DNA of 64,000 bases from Polyangiaceae bacterium (GTDB lineage Bacteria > Myxococcota_A > Polyangia > Polyangiales > Polyangiaceae), in the NCBI GenBank assembly GCA_033763455.1, contig JANRKO010000043.1, positions 1-64,000 of the forward strand, read 5' to 3'. The notes below the pieces were generated by a model that did no database searches, was not told the origin of the DNA, and saw only the letters and a list, made by a program, of their open reading frames with translations. Shown in pieces: positions 37,921 through 47,825 of this stretch. The position numbers and the translations under genes are program-made. The first letter of the stretch is position 1; every line of letters begins with the position of its first letter.

Positions 37921-39489
37921 CTAAAGCTCACCATGCTTCGCGCGCTTCAGCCAGTCCTTGATTTCTGGCCCTTCCGGATTCATGGCTTCTATGCGCTCGA
38001 TTTCGGCCAATGCGCTGCTTTTTAGCCCGGCTCCCAGGTAGGCCTGGATCAAGGTTTGACGGTAGCGGACGCTCCCAGGCTCTGCGCGCACCGCCTTTCG
38101 CCCGAATTCGACCGCTGTGTGGAGCTCATTGCCGGCCCTGAGCGCGCACTGCGCGACCTTATCGAACAGCTTGGCCTCTGGTTTGCCGCGGGCGGCCTTC
38201 TCGTATGACCGCGTTGCATCCAAGAACCTCCCCGTGCGCTCTTCGTAGGCGCCTTGCGCCAAATAGGTGTCAGAAAGTTCGGCGTGAGCCTGCTGCTCTG
38301 CTTCCTCGAGGCGGGCTCGGAGCGCAGGGTCATTGCCGGAGAGCTGGACCGCTAGCCGCAGAGTTGTGGTCGCGCTGACGAATTTTCTTGCCGCAAGTGC
38401 TTCGTCCGCCATCTTCACGTACTGGTCGATCTGCTGCTGCCGCGCTTGATTCACACGCCCCTCGTGGCGCGCACGAAGGCTAAGGAGTGCTTGACGTTTC
38501 TGCTCCTCTGCTGAGAGCGGTTCCGCCCGCGGGCGGGCAGCAGCCCCACGGCTTACCGCTCTCAGCTTACGAGATATGGCGCGACGGCGGGCGTCGGGAT
38601 CGGGCGCCATATCGTACTCTGGCGTTGATCGAACGCCTAAGTCTGGACTGTCAGTTGCAGAAGCTCCGTCGTCCCGAAGTGCCCTCACTTGCAGCTCGCG
38701 GAGTGTGGCCTCCAGTTGATCGCCCCGCTCGCTTTCTTCGATGGCGCGCTCCAACTCGCGAGTCATCGTCTGCGCTGCCAAATATTCGTCATATTCGGCG
38801 CGCGAAGCGGCTCGCGTCAGGACATCATGCGCCTCGGTAATGCGAGCGAATACTCGCTCGAGCTTAGACTTGAAGCTGCCGAGGTTCTTACCGAAGTAGC
38901 GATCGGGATGAAAGACATTCACCGCGTCGAAGTAGGCGGCTTTGATGGCTTTGCGATCGGCGTCGCGCGCTAGTTCGAAAATCTGATAGTGAGTTAACGT
39001 ATCAAGTTTGTAAAAGACGTCGAGGATCCTGCGGCGTCGCTCGACGACGAGATCCACCGGCTCGTCTAGCTCGGAGGGATCGTAGAGGGCTGAAGGCTGG
39101 GCGGGCGAAGGAGGCGCCTTGACCGCTTCTACGATGGTTCGGTTCGGGCGGTGAAGGCCGGTTGGTGCGGGGTGTGGCCGGGGCTGAAGCGGCTCGCGCG
39201 TGGGCTCGTTCAAGAATTGAATGGCTCCAAGCTTATTCAGCCGGCCAAGGATTTCTTCGATGCGTGCTTCGTCGAGGCCCGTTGCGGCGCAAAGGTCAGA
39301 CTCACGGGTAGAGCCGTCGACTCGGGAGAGCACAAATGCTTCTTCGGGACCAATCGGCAGCGCGCGAATGTCAGCTCCTTCCACCAAGGAGGGAACCCGA
39401 ATTACTTGGGTTGGGTCGAAGGAACTCACGCGTGCACAAACCCCACGAAATGACGCTTGAGTGTAACCGGTTCCGTTGAGGCCCCGCAA
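37921..39489 (-). CDS. J-domain protein with TPR repeats
   Basis: THYQIF...IKAAYF....FHPDRYF...F.RI.EA.DVL....RAEYD; C-terminal TPR-like helices. Start uncertain. Confidence 0.88.
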   Translation of the reverse strand: MRGLNGTGYTQASFRGVCARVSSFDPTQVIRVPSLVEGADIRALPIGPEEAFVLSRVDGSTRESDLCAATGLDEARIEEILGRLNKLGAIQFLNEPTREPLQPRPHPAPTGLHRPNRTIVEAVKAPPSPAQPSALYDPSELDEPVDLVVERRRRILDVFYKLDTLTHYQIFELARDADRKAIKAAYFDAVNVFHPDRYFGKNLGSFKSKLERVFARITEAHDVLTRAASRAEYDEYLAAQTMTRELERAIEESERGDQLEATLRELQVRALRDDGASATDSPDLGVRSTPEYDMAPDPDARRRAISRKLRAVSRGAAARPRAEPLSAEEQKRQALLSLRARHEGRVNQARQQQIDQYVKMADEALAARKFVSATTTLRLAVQLSGNDPALRARLEEAEQQAHAELSDTYLAQGAYEERTGRFLDATRSYEKAARGKPEAKLFDKVAQCALRAGNELHTAVEFGRKAVRAEPGSVRYRQTLIQAYLGAGLKSSALAEIERIEAMNPEGPEIKDWLKRAKHGEL

Positions 39490-39492
39490 CGC

Positions 39493-40089
39493 TCAAGGAG
39501 CACTCTTGCTCCTCGGCTCAGCGGCTGCCTTATGAGCTTGTTCGATAACGGCGGCCTGGATCCGCATCGAGCGTTCCAGCGCAGAGATGGCGCGTTGCTT
39601 GGCTGCGAGCGCCCCGGCCTGGTCGCCTTTGGATTGCAAGGCTGCTGCGCGGGCCTCCTCGTTCAGGCCTCGTACTTCGAACAGGTAACCCTCGAAGTAG
39701 CTATCATGGGGGGCGTGAGCGAGCCCTTGCTCCAGGGCCCGATCGGCGTCGTCGAATGCTCCGCGCTTCGACTGGAGGTGGGCGATACGGCCCAACGTAT
39801 CGGCGAGCACTTCGCGTGTTTCCGGTGCGAGCTGCCCTGGGGATGGTAGGGGCCCACGGACGACAGCCTGTAGCGAATCGACCGCTTGCCCCAATGCTCC
39901 TCTTTGCTCCGCCTGATCGGCCAAGTGGTGAGCCGCACGTGTTCGACTGAGGAATGCAACGAGAGCGCTATCTACAGGCCGCGCACTACTTTGGCCGCAC
40001 TCATCATTCCGCTCCTTTGAGCAACCGATGCACAGGATCCAGAAGGCTGTAAACAGCCAAGCAATGGCTCGCTTCACTTGATGCCCCAC
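39493..40089 (-). CDS. TPR-like lipoprotein
   Basis: Lipobox CIGC followed by helical repeats. Confidence 0.65.
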   Translation of the reverse strand: MGHQVKRAIAWLFTAFWILCIGCSKERNDECGQSSARPVDSALVAFLSRTRAAHHLADQAEQRGALGQAVDSLQAVVRGPLPSPGQLAPETREVLADTLGRIAHLQSKRGAFDDADRALEQGLAHAPHDSYFEGYLFEVRGLNEEARAAALQSKGDQAGALAAKQRAISALERSMRIQAAVIEQAHKAAAEPRSKSAP

Positions 40090-40652
40090 TGAGCGTAGCG
40101 ATTGTTGCGAAGATCTTGCGTGCGAAGTTCGGCAACGCGATCCATCCTGGCCGAGGTCGCTTCAAGGGCTAGCGGTCCGCTGAGCAGCGTTTGGGTGGAG
40201 GTTTGAACTCGTAGGTTGCCGAAACTGGAGGCGGGCGAAGGTGCGCCGTTTTGGAACAGGAGGAACAGAGCGGCAGCGGCGGCAAGCCCGGTGACCAGCA
40301 ATGGCGCACGACTTCGCATGAACGACGGATGTTCGCGGAGGGCAGCAGCCACCAACCTTCGGTCGGTGAACTCATCTACCTTGGCGTTGTCAGATGGAAC
40401 CGTCGCCCGGAGCAGCTGAACGACCTCCAATAGAGCGTGCTTGCCCCCTGTTTCGAGGGCCTGCCTCAAAGCCTCTGCAGCTTCCAGCTCGCTCGCTGTG
40501 GGCTCATCCTCGACCCTGGTTGAGGCGAATGCGGCGTCGAAGGCACGCGCGACGAGCTCCGCGTTGCGCTCAGGTGAGAGCTCCGCCGGAACACTGGCGT
40601 GGCGCAGGAGAGTGCCGAGTTCGCTGGGATCAGATTTGCGTTCGGAACTCAT
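40074..40652 (-). CDS. Putative anti-sigma factor (single TM helix)
   Basis: Overlaps the ECF sigma stop by 4 nt; TM segment GLAAAAALFLLF. Confidence 0.6.
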   Translation of the reverse strand: MSSERKSDPSELGTLLRHASVPAELSPERNAELVARAFDAAFASTRVEDEPTASELEAAEALRQALETGGKHALLEVVQLLRATVPSDNAKVDEFTDRRLVAAALREHPSFMRSRAPLLVTGLAAAAALFLLFQNGAPSPASSFGNLRVQTSTQTLLSGPLALEATSARMDRVAELRTQDLRNNRYAQWGIK

Positions 40653-41236
40653 GCTGCCTCCTCCTCGCGCGCGAGCACCTTCTTGAGGGCGGAGAGTGCT
40701 CGGTGAAGCACAACATCGAGCGTTGAGACGCTCAAACCAAGCTCTTGTGCCAGCTCCTCGCGCCCTCGTTCCTCAAGGATGCGTGCGCGAATTACGTGAG
40801 CGTAGCGTGGGTTGAGGTCACTCAACGCCGTGTCCACTTTTGCCCGAGCCGCCAAAAGGTCGAGCCGCTCTAGGTCATCGCTCTGGGTCGGCTGGTCACG
40901 CTCAAGCTCACGCTCAAGATCTTCGGGCTCAAACAGGCGAAGGCGCTTATCGCGCCGCAGGTGGTCGAGCGCCACGTGGAACGCAATGGTGCGTAGCCAG
41001 GGGTAGATCCCCACATTTTGCCACTCGAATTGACTGAAGTTTTGCACAACTTTCACGTAAACCTGAGACAGAGCTTCTTCTGCATTCGCAGCGTTGCCCA
41101 GCCGGGGCAACAACACCGATCGATAAAGCCTGGGGCCGTGGGTGCGCAGCAAAGACCCTAGCGCCGCTCGGTCTCCACCGGCGGCCGCTTCACAGAGCCT
41201 CCGCTCCGCCTCCAGGCCAGTTAGGTCATCTTCCAA
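40649..41236 (-). CDS. ECF RNA polymerase sigma factor
   Basis: AAGGDRAAL..L, AEEAL..V, WL.TIA...ALDHLR and ELAQELGLS..T...LHRA motifs. Start placed at TTG 41236 (ORF track extends to 41356). Confidence 0.9.
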   Translation of the reverse strand: MEDDLTGLEAERRLCEAAAGGDRAALGSLLRTHGPRLYRSVLLPRLGNAANAEEALSQVYVKVVQNFSQFEWQNVGIYPWLRTIAFHVALDHLRRDKRLRLFEPEDLERELERDQPTQSDDLERLDLLAARAKVDTALSDLNPRYAHVIRARILEERGREELAQELGLSVSTLDVVLHRALSALKKVLAREEEAA

Positions 41237-41358
41237 GTAATCCGCATACCAATGGAACGCACCACGAGGCCAGAAGTTACGCTGTAGTCCGGAAAAAGAC
41301 GTAGGCTTCTGGTAGGACTTGAAATGGTGCCCCAGGCAGGCCACATCCACCCCCAATT

Positions 41359-42240
41359 ATGGGAACCTTAGCGCGCGTCTGTCCCCATTGTGGCGCGCTG
41401 AACGCCCAGGAGGATAAGGCTTGTTACCGCTGTAAACGGCGCCTCATGGCGCCCTGGGTTTACGCGGCGTTCGGGTCCTTGCGGGGTCTCCTTGGCGATC
41501 GAGCGCCACTTACAGCTCTCTTCTTCTTGCTGTGTGCCCTCGCGTTCACGCTAAATAGCCTTGTTTCCGGGTTTGCTTTCTTAGGATCCAGCTCCGGCTC
41601 CGCCCAGTTGCGTTGGGGGGCCTTGTTGATCGATTCTAGCGGAACCTTCGTGGCTCACGAGCCTTGGCGCTATCTCTCCGCTGTTTTTTTCCATTTTGGG
41701 GCTATCCATCTGGCGTTCAACATGATGGCGCTTGGGGGCCTGGGGGGGGCGCTTGAACCAAAACTCGGCTCGGCGCGCTTCGCTGTGGTGTTTGTTGTGG
41801 CGGGCACGCTCGGCTTCGTCGCGAGCGACTATTTTCATCGCTTCATGGGTGACACTCTGGTGACGGGTGGGGCGAGCGGGGCTTTGTTTGGATTGATGGG
41901 TGCTTCGGCAGCCTACAAATTTGCCGTTCGGGAACGTGACTGGAAACGCTCCATGTTCGGTCTGTTGGCCTTAGTTGTCATCATGACCTTCCTGATCCCA
42001 AGCTCGATGATGAATCTGGATCACGCGGCCCATCTTGGCGGGCTCGGCGCGGGGCTGGTTTTGGGGTACGGCTTGGGGCGCGAGCGTCGCCCAGAGCGGT
42101 TGGGTAGGCTATTTCAAGTTGGTGCGGCGGCGTGTGTCTTGGCTTCGGGCATCAGCTTAGTCGCGTGTCAACTTTCGACAGAATGGAAGCTGCAGCGTCA
42201 ATTAGAGCTCCAGTGGGGGCTCGATTCGAACTCGCCTTAA
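41359..42240 (+). CDS. Rhomboid intramembrane serine protease with an N-terminal zinc ribbon
   Basis: WRY...F.H....H..FN, GASG and AHLGG intact; CPHCG...C..C. Confidence 0.92.
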   Translation: MGTLARVCPHCGALNAQEDKACYRCKRRLMAPWVYAAFGSLRGLLGDRAPLTALFFLLCALAFTLNSLVSGFAFLGSSSGSAQLRWGALLIDSSGTFVAHEPWRYLSAVFFHFGAIHLAFNMMALGGLGGALEPKLGSARFAVVFVVAGTLGFVASDYFHRFMGDTLVTGGASGALFGLMGASAAYKFAVRERDWKRSMFGLLALVVIMTFLIPSSMMNLDHAAHLGGLGAGLVLGYGLGRERRPERLGRLFQVGAAACVLASGISLVACQLSTEWKLQRQLELQWGLDSNSP

Positions 42241-42262
42241 GCGCCGAAAATGAGGCGGTGCT

Positions 42263-43855
42263 TTAAGGCATTCGGTAGCCGTTAAGAGTTCCCGTAACCG
42301 ACGCAGCAAGCGGCGCGTCCCCTAGCATTCCGAGCCAGTTGCCCTTGAGTTCTACCACTTGAGCCATTGAGTTGACCGTTGCCTGTGCGCTGGAGTTAAC
42401 CTGAAGTGTGCGCGCTTCGGCTCCAGAAGCCTTTCTTGCCCGGTCCCAAAGCACCGCCCCTGCATCCTGGCAAAGGCTGGAGAGGCAGGTGGCGCCACAG
42501 GTTTCGTACGCAACACCACTTGGCGAAAGCGCCGTGGCAAGTGCATCGCACTTCAACGTAGTGCGGAGCGCGTCTACGAATACACTCGTGGAGGTTGCAG
42601 ATTTTGCCTGACGTTCAGCCAACGCAGTAACAAGTTCCGAGGGATGCCAGAAGAGGTTTAGGCCCAGCTGCAGCGTGTCCCCTGGTTCCCCTGACCACGT
42701 AGCGGTCGCGTTCGGTGAAAATCCGGCGCGAGCGCCGTCCACCTGGCCCACGGTGAGGAGGTCAAACAGCGCTTGCTTAGAACCGTCAGAGGCCGCGGCC
42801 AGCGTGCCGGTGATTGCAGCTGTATCCTCTAGGGCTTTTACCCCGGCGCTCATCCACTGATTGGCGAGCATTCTTAGGTGCATCTGTGCCGAGCTTCCCC
42901 AAACTTGGGCTACGCGTTCGTCCCATTTTCCTTGGGTTCGCGCCGCGGCGAACAGGGGCCCTCGGGTTCCGCTTAAACTCTGCATGGAGTCGAGCAGCTC
43001 CTTGACGTCACCGGAACCGGCCGGTGCAAGCGCCGTCACTGCTTTGGTAATATCGCTGGCAAGGGTGTCGTAGAAGGCCTGACTCGGCGCACCGATCCCA
43101 AATTCGGTCAACAACCCCGGTGCCTCAAAGCTGAGTGGTCGATCGGCCGCCGATATGCTCGCGCGCTCAGTCTTTCCTGGCAATAAAGGCCCGAGCTTTA
43201 GGCACCCCGCCGCAACTCCATCGGCACGCACGAGCACTGTCAGCTTGGTTCCTGCAGGGACTCCTTCGAGAAGGAGCGGCTGGGTAGAGGTTGAAGCCCG
43301 CGCCATGATGTCTCCATCGACGATGGCGCTCCCAGTCAACGCCGCGCACTCCATGTTCGCGGATGCGCTTACGATCCATTCGGAAATTTTCCGTTTGCCG
43401 AGGTATTCGGGAGATACGAGCAACCTCGCGAAGCCGCTACCACTGACCGACAGCCCGCGCTCTACGCTGAGCGTCCCGACGCTGGCACGCACGCGAAAGG
43501 TCGCAGCCTTGGTCGGGGCGGTAACCTCCACACTGGCTGTGCCGTCGTCGTTCGTAACAACTTCGTCCCTGTCGAGCGAGGCGTCCGTGGCCGTCCCTTT
43601 TGACTCGGCTCCAATCGCGAAGCGGACGACGTACGTTCCGGGGGGGGCTACGCGGAGCAAGAGCGACGCCCTCTGCATGGGCTGGAGCGTCAAGGTGGAA
43701 GGGGGCTCGAAGGTGAGCTCTGTCGGTCCCATAGCGCTCGTAGCTCCGGCAGGAGCGTTAGCCACGAGGCCACCAGACTGGGGATCTGCGCTGCAAGCTT
43801 GCGCCGTACTTATCAGGCCCCACCCGATCAGTCGTTTTAAGCGAGAGTTAGCCAT
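42263..43855 (-). CDS. Lipoprotein with N-terminal Ig-like domains
   Basis: Lipobox AQAC; TNDDGTASVEVTAP-type beta-sandwich motif. Start placed at ATG 43855. Confidence 0.7.
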   Translation of the reverse strand: MANSRLKRLIGWGLISTAQACSADPQSGGLVANAPAGATSAMGPTELTFEPPSTLTLQPMQRASLLLRVAPPGTYVVRFAIGAESKGTATDASLDRDEVVTNDDGTASVEVTAPTKAATFRVRASVGTLSVERGLSVSGSGFARLLVSPEYLGKRKISEWIVSASANMECAALTGSAIVDGDIMARASTSTQPLLLEGVPAGTKLTVLVRADGVAAGCLKLGPLLPGKTERASISAADRPLSFEAPGLLTEFGIGAPSQAFYDTLASDITKAVTALAPAGSGDVKELLDSMQSLSGTRGPLFAAARTQGKWDERVAQVWGSSAQMHLRMLANQWMSAGVKALEDTAAITGTLAAASDGSKQALFDLLTVGQVDGARAGFSPNATATWSGEPGDTLQLGLNLFWHPSELVTALAERQAKSATSTSVFVDALRTTLKCDALATALSPSGVAYETCGATCLSSLCQDAGAVLWDRARKASGAEARTLQVNSSAQATVNSMAQVVELKGNWLGMLGDAPLAASVTGTLNGYRMP

Positions 43856-44068
43856 TTCGGCTCCGGAGTGCACCGTTCCGCGGGTGCACAATTTTCTATA
43901 AGCGTAAGGGCCCGCGCTCGCTACGAGCGCGGGAGGTGCACTCTGTCACAGATCCACGGAAGTGCTAACTACCGAGTGAGCGTGTCGCTTGGCAGAGCGC
44001 AGTGGGAGAAGGTGGGACAGTAGTCCGCTAGGCCCGGCCAGGCCTAGCTGCTACCTTCAAATTCGAAA

Positions 44069-45532
44069 ATGACGTCGTTGGTACCTCCGCCCGTCCGCCT
44101 CCTGATCGTTGACGACGAGCCAGGCCTCCGGCAGATGCTTGAAATCCTATTTCGACGAGAGGGCTACGCTGTATCCACGGCACCCGGCTACACGGCAGCC
44201 GTCCAGGCCATTGAGACCTCGCCGGACCCGTTTTCGATCGTGCTCACCGATCTTGCCATGCCCGACGGCACCGGGCTGCAGGTGCTGGCAGCAGCCAAGA
44301 AACGCAGCGCAGCAACCGAGGTTATCCTCATTACAGCGCATTCTTCCGTCGATAATGCCATCGAAGCGATGCGCCAAGGTGCCTACGACTTCGTCACCAA
44401 GCCGTTCGAGCCCACCGAGCTTGCGGCCCTCGTAACGAAAGCTCTTGAAAAGCAGAGCTTGGTCTTTGAATACCAGCGCCTCAAGGCCCAGGTCGAGCAA
44501 CTTTCCGACAAGAACATCATCGGGAAGAGCACCAAGATGCGCGGCGTGCTCGACATGATCGATCGCATCGCCCCCATGAAGACAACAGTGCTCATCACAG
44601 GCGAGAGCGGCACGGGCAAAGAACGGGTGGCGCGAGCCATTCACGAGCGTTCGGAGCGCCGCCGGCATCCGTTCCTAGTAGTTAACTGCGGAGCGCTCCC
44701 CGAGGCACTCATGGAAAGCGAGCTTTTTGGCCACGAAAAAGGCTCTTTTACAGGTGCTTCTGCCAAGAGCCTGGGCCTATTTCGCGAGGCCGAAGGTGGC
44801 ACGGTGATGTTGGATGAGGTGGGGGAGTTGCCGCTGAGTTTGCAGGTGAAGCTCTTGCGAGTGCTGCAGGAACGAGTGGTGCGCCCCGTTGGTTCATCTC
44901 AAGAAGTTGCGGTGGATGTGCGGGTATTGGCGGCCACCAACCGCAATGTGGAGGGCGACGTCGCGAACGGCAAGTTTCGTCAGGACCTCTACTACCGTTT
45001 GAACGTGATTCGCATTGAGCTGCCGGCTCTGCGGGAACGCCGGGAAGACGTGCCGCTTCTAGCCGAGCGCTTCATGCGCCGGTTTTCCGAAGAGTTTGGC
45101 AAAAACGTGGTGGGTTTCACTCCCGATGCGCTGCGCGCACTTCAAACGTACGCGTTTCCCGGCAACGTTCGCGAGCTTGAGAACATGATGGAGCGAGCCG
45201 TTGCTCTAGCCGGTTCGCGCGTGATTGGCCTCGGGGATTTTCCGCCGGAAGTGAGCGGAGCTGCCGCCTCTACCGGCCCATCTATTCTGGAGTTGCCGCC
45301 GGGCGGCTGCAATTTGGACGAGGTCATGACGGAGGTCGAACGCCGTTTGCTGGTGGAGGCGCTTGGCCGCACGGGTGGCGTGAGAAAAGCGGCGGCTCGG
45401 GTGCTAGGCATCAGCTTTCGGTCCCTCCGCTATCGGCTGGAGAAACACGGGCTTGATGCCGACGCGATAGGGTCAGAAGCGCTGGACGAGGACGACGACG
45501 ACGCGGCGAGCGGATCGGCGGCGGCAAGATGA
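44069..45532 (+). CDS. pilR: Sigma-54-dependent response regulator, PilR-like
   Basis: Receiver, AAA+ (GESGTGKE, GSFTGA) and HTH (LGISFRSLRYRL.K) domains; directly upstream of the pilin genes. Confidence 0.85.
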   Translation: MTSLVPPPVRLLIVDDEPGLRQMLEILFRREGYAVSTAPGYTAAVQAIETSPDPFSIVLTDLAMPDGTGLQVLAAAKKRSAATEVILITAHSSVDNAIEAMRQGAYDFVTKPFEPTELAALVTKALEKQSLVFEYQRLKAQVEQLSDKNIIGKSTKMRGVLDMIDRIAPMKTTVLITGESGTGKERVARAIHERSERRRHPFLVVNCGALPEALMESELFGHEKGSFTGASAKSLGLFREAEGGTVMLDEVGELPLSLQVKLLRVLQERVVRPVGSSQEVAVDVRVLAATNRNVEGDVANGKFRQDLYYRLNVIRIELPALRERREDVPLLAERFMRRFSEEFGKNVVGFTPDALRALQTYAFPGNVRELENMMERAVALAGSRVIGLGDFPPEVSGAAASTGPSILELPPGGCNLDEVMTEVERRLLVEALGRTGGVRKAAARVLGISFRSLRYRLEKHGLDADAIGSEALDEDDDDAASGSAAAR

Positions 45533-45571
45533 ATCCCGGTACGGTTCACAACCACTCCATGCTGAGCTCAG

Positions 45572-45592
45572 TGGCACATGGTGTGCTAGGCT
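45572..45592 (+). promoter_or_regulatory. Candidate promoter of pilin 1 (sigma-54 TGGCAC-N5-GTGCT overlapping an extended -10 TGCTAGGCT)
   Basis: GG-N10-GC spacing is correct; lies just upstream of ATG 45601. Confidence 0.5.
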
Positions 45593-45600
45593 GGATGGCT

Positions 45601-46152
45601 ATGCGTCCGCCACATGGCTCCCCAGCGCGACCGCGAGGCTTCACCCTTGTAGAGCTGATGGTGGTGGTCGCGATCATGGGGATCTTGGCAACGGTGGGGA
45701 TCGCCGCGACGCGCAAATACATCCATTCCTCCCATTCCACCGAAGCGCTCAGTACGATCCAAGCGATCCGTGGCGCGCAGGAACAGTGGCGAGCCCACAC
45801 CCAAGGCTATTTGGACGTTTCTACCACCACCACGTCCTGGTACCCGATGGCCACGCCGGGGGACACACGTTACGCCTGGCGTCAGGCCACGGGCGCGAAC
45901 TACGCCCAGTGGGAGCTTCTGCGACCCCGAGTGGATTGGAGTGTGCGTTTTGGCTACACGACAGTGGCGGGCCAAGCTGGCACGGCCATCGATGCTCTGA
46001 ACACCATCACGGCCAACCCCGGTTTCGGAGTACCCGATCAGCCTTGGTACATCATCCAAGCCAAGGCAGATCTCGATAAGGACGGTACGCCCGCGTATTT
46101 CGTCGCTACGAGCATGTCCAGCGAGATCTACAGCGAGAACGCCGGAGAGTAG
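45601..46152 (+). CDS. Type IV pilin 1
   Basis: RG/FTLVELMVVVAIMGILA prepilin motif. Start uncertain (45529, 45595 or 45601). Confidence 0.9.
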   Translation: MRPPHGSPARPRGFTLVELMVVVAIMGILATVGIAATRKYIHSSHSTEALSTIQAIRGAQEQWRAHTQGYLDVSTTTTSWYPMATPGDTRYAWRQATGANYAQWELLRPRVDWSVRFGYTTVAGQAGTAIDALNTITANPGFGVPDQPWYIIQAKADLDKDGTPAYFVATSMSSEIYSENAGE

Positions 46153-46242
46153 GCAGCAATTAGCGGTCAGTTTGAGGCCCCACGCGTGATGTGTCGCTGT
46201 GGAGTGGCTGAGGCCGCAGAATGTCACTCGGACCGCCGGCCA

Positions 46243-46259
46243 GTGACGAATATTGTCAC
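46243..46259. promoter_or_regulatory. Inverted repeat GTGAC-N7-GTCAC, candidate PilR enhancer site
   Basis: About 130 bp upstream of the sigma-54 motif; an extra TGTCAC half-site lies at 46222. Confidence 0.55.
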
Positions 46260-46387
46260 TCGTCTTGGGTTTGCCCGCCTTGACAGCTATGCGTGAATTG
46301 TCTCCGGGGGGCGAGCAGGGGCGTGGCGCAGCTTGCTCGTGTGGGATTCAGCGAGGTTCGCATTGTCTGGAGGGATCGCAGTCGCAA

Positions 46388-46403
46388 TGGCACGCTTGCT
46401 GCT
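46388..46403 (+). promoter_or_regulatory. Sigma-54 promoter (TGGCAC-GCTTG-CTGCT)
   Basis: Matches the -24/-12 consensus upstream of pilin 2. Confidence 0.7.
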
Positions 46404-46417
46404 TTGGCTAGGATTGC

Positions 46418-46969
46418 ATGCCAACCTATAATCCCAACGAACGCGGGTACACACTCGTCGAGTTGATGATCGTCGTTGCGATGGTCGGCGTACTAGCCAC
46501 GCTCGCAACCTACGGTGTGCGCAAGTACATCCTTGCCTCGAAGACTGTCGAAGGCCCCGAGATGCTCCGATCCATTAAGGAAGCCGAAGAGCTGTATCGG
46601 CAAGAGACGTTTACGTATCTGCCAACCAGTACTTCGCCCGGCTCATCTTACTTTCCCTGGGGTACGACCGTTCCTACGGGAGGGAAGAAGATGAACTTCG
46701 ATTGCGCCACTTGTACGGACCAAAGTGCGTGGAACAACCTCAACGTTTCAACGAACCATCCAGTGCAGTTTGGGTACGAGGTGGTTACGGGCCCGGTGGG
46801 CACCGCACCTAGTGCTCATCCCAAATGGACAATAGCAGGTTTCCCAGCTTCGCCAGGGGACATCTGGTACGTGGCGTATGCCACCGCGGATCTCGATGGG
46901 GACGGGGAAAGCCTCGTTTTTGCAGGGTCCAGCTTCACGTCTGAGATTATATCGAACAATAATGATTAG
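46418..46969 (+). CDS. Type IV pilin 2
   Basis: RG/YTLVELMIVVAMVGVLA prepilin motif. Confidence 0.9.
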   Translation: MPTYNPNERGYTLVELMIVVAMVGVLATLATYGVRKYILASKTVEGPEMLRSIKEAEELYRQETFTYLPTSTSPGSSYFPWGTTVPTGGKKMNFDCATCTDQSAWNNLNVSTNHPVQFGYEVVTGPVGTAPSAHPKWTIAGFPASPGDIWYVAYATADLDGDGESLVFAGSSFTSEIISNNND

Positions 46970-47057
46970 CTATTCACTATTCGAGCTGGCGCCTACCGCC
47001 AGCGGGCTGCACGTCATGTCGACACAGCCGCGTTACCAAGAACAGAAGGAGAAACCA

Positions 47058-47645
47058 ATGTTAGCAAAATCAACGTTAGCTAGACTGAGAAATAAGCGCG
47101 GCTTCACCCTCGTGGAGCTCATGATCGTGGTGGCCATTATTGGCGTGTTGGCGGCTCTGGCCATTTATGGCGTCACTCGATACCTTGCCAGTGCCAAGAC
47201 CGCTGAAGCAAGGAACAATGTTGGAAGGTTGGCTAAGGATGGAGCGGCCGTCTACAACGGGGAGACGATGGCAGGTACGGTGCTGGCTGCCGGCGGGACG
47301 GCTGCGCCTAGCCACCGCATGTGCCCCGCTGCGCTGAAATCCGTGCCAGACACCAAGACCAAGATAGCCAAGATGAAGTATCAGTCCGACCCTGCCGAGT
47401 GGGAGGATGGTGCTGACGCTACTACCAAGCTACCTTACGGCTGGAAATGTCTCAAATTCGCAATGGATTCTCCACAGTACTTCATGTACAACTACACGAC
47501 TCCTAGTGCTACTTCATTTTTGGCGACCGCCCAAGGTGACCTTGATGGGGATGGAAACTTGTCCACATTCTCGATGGAAGGCGTAATCACCGGAGATACG
47601 ATGAAGCTCGCTCCGGGCATCAAAGAAGAAAATCCTGACGAATAA
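47058..47645 (+). CDS. pilA: Type IV pilin 3, probable major pilin
   Basis: Strong SD AAGGAG, ATG 47058, KRG/FTLVELMIVVAIIGVLAALAI; followed by terminators. Confidence 0.85.
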   Translation: MLAKSTLARLRNKRGFTLVELMIVVAIIGVLAALAIYGVTRYLASAKTAEARNNVGRLAKDGAAVYNGETMAGTVLAAGGTAAPSHRMCPAALKSVPDTKTKIAKMKYQSDPAEWEDGADATTKLPYGWKCLKFAMDSPQYFMYNYTTPSATSFLATAQGDLDGDGNLSTFSMEGVITGDTMKLAPGIKEENPDE

Positions 47646-47658
47646 TTCTCCGAAAAAT

Positions 47659-47745
47659 AAAGCCTCCGTGTGGGTTGACGCGCACCGGGGGCTTTTCACT
47701 TGGTTGAGAACTGCCCCCGGGAGCGCCAGCGCACCGGGGGTTTTT
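47659..47745 (+). terminator. Two tandem intrinsic terminator hairpins
   Basis: AAAGCCTCCG...CCGGGGGCTTTT and GCCCCCGG...CCGGGGGTTTTT. Confidence 0.7.
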
Positions 47746-47825
47746 CAATTGCTTGAGTAGAGCAAGTTCTTGCTGCGCGCGCGGATTACCGGCTTCCACG
47801 TCGGCGTTCATGCTACTTGCCAGTA

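Noticed and set aside
41742..41749. G8 tract in the active rhomboid gene
   Set aside because: Falls in Leu-Gly-Gly-Ala codons of a core-type gene; no other support for phase variation.
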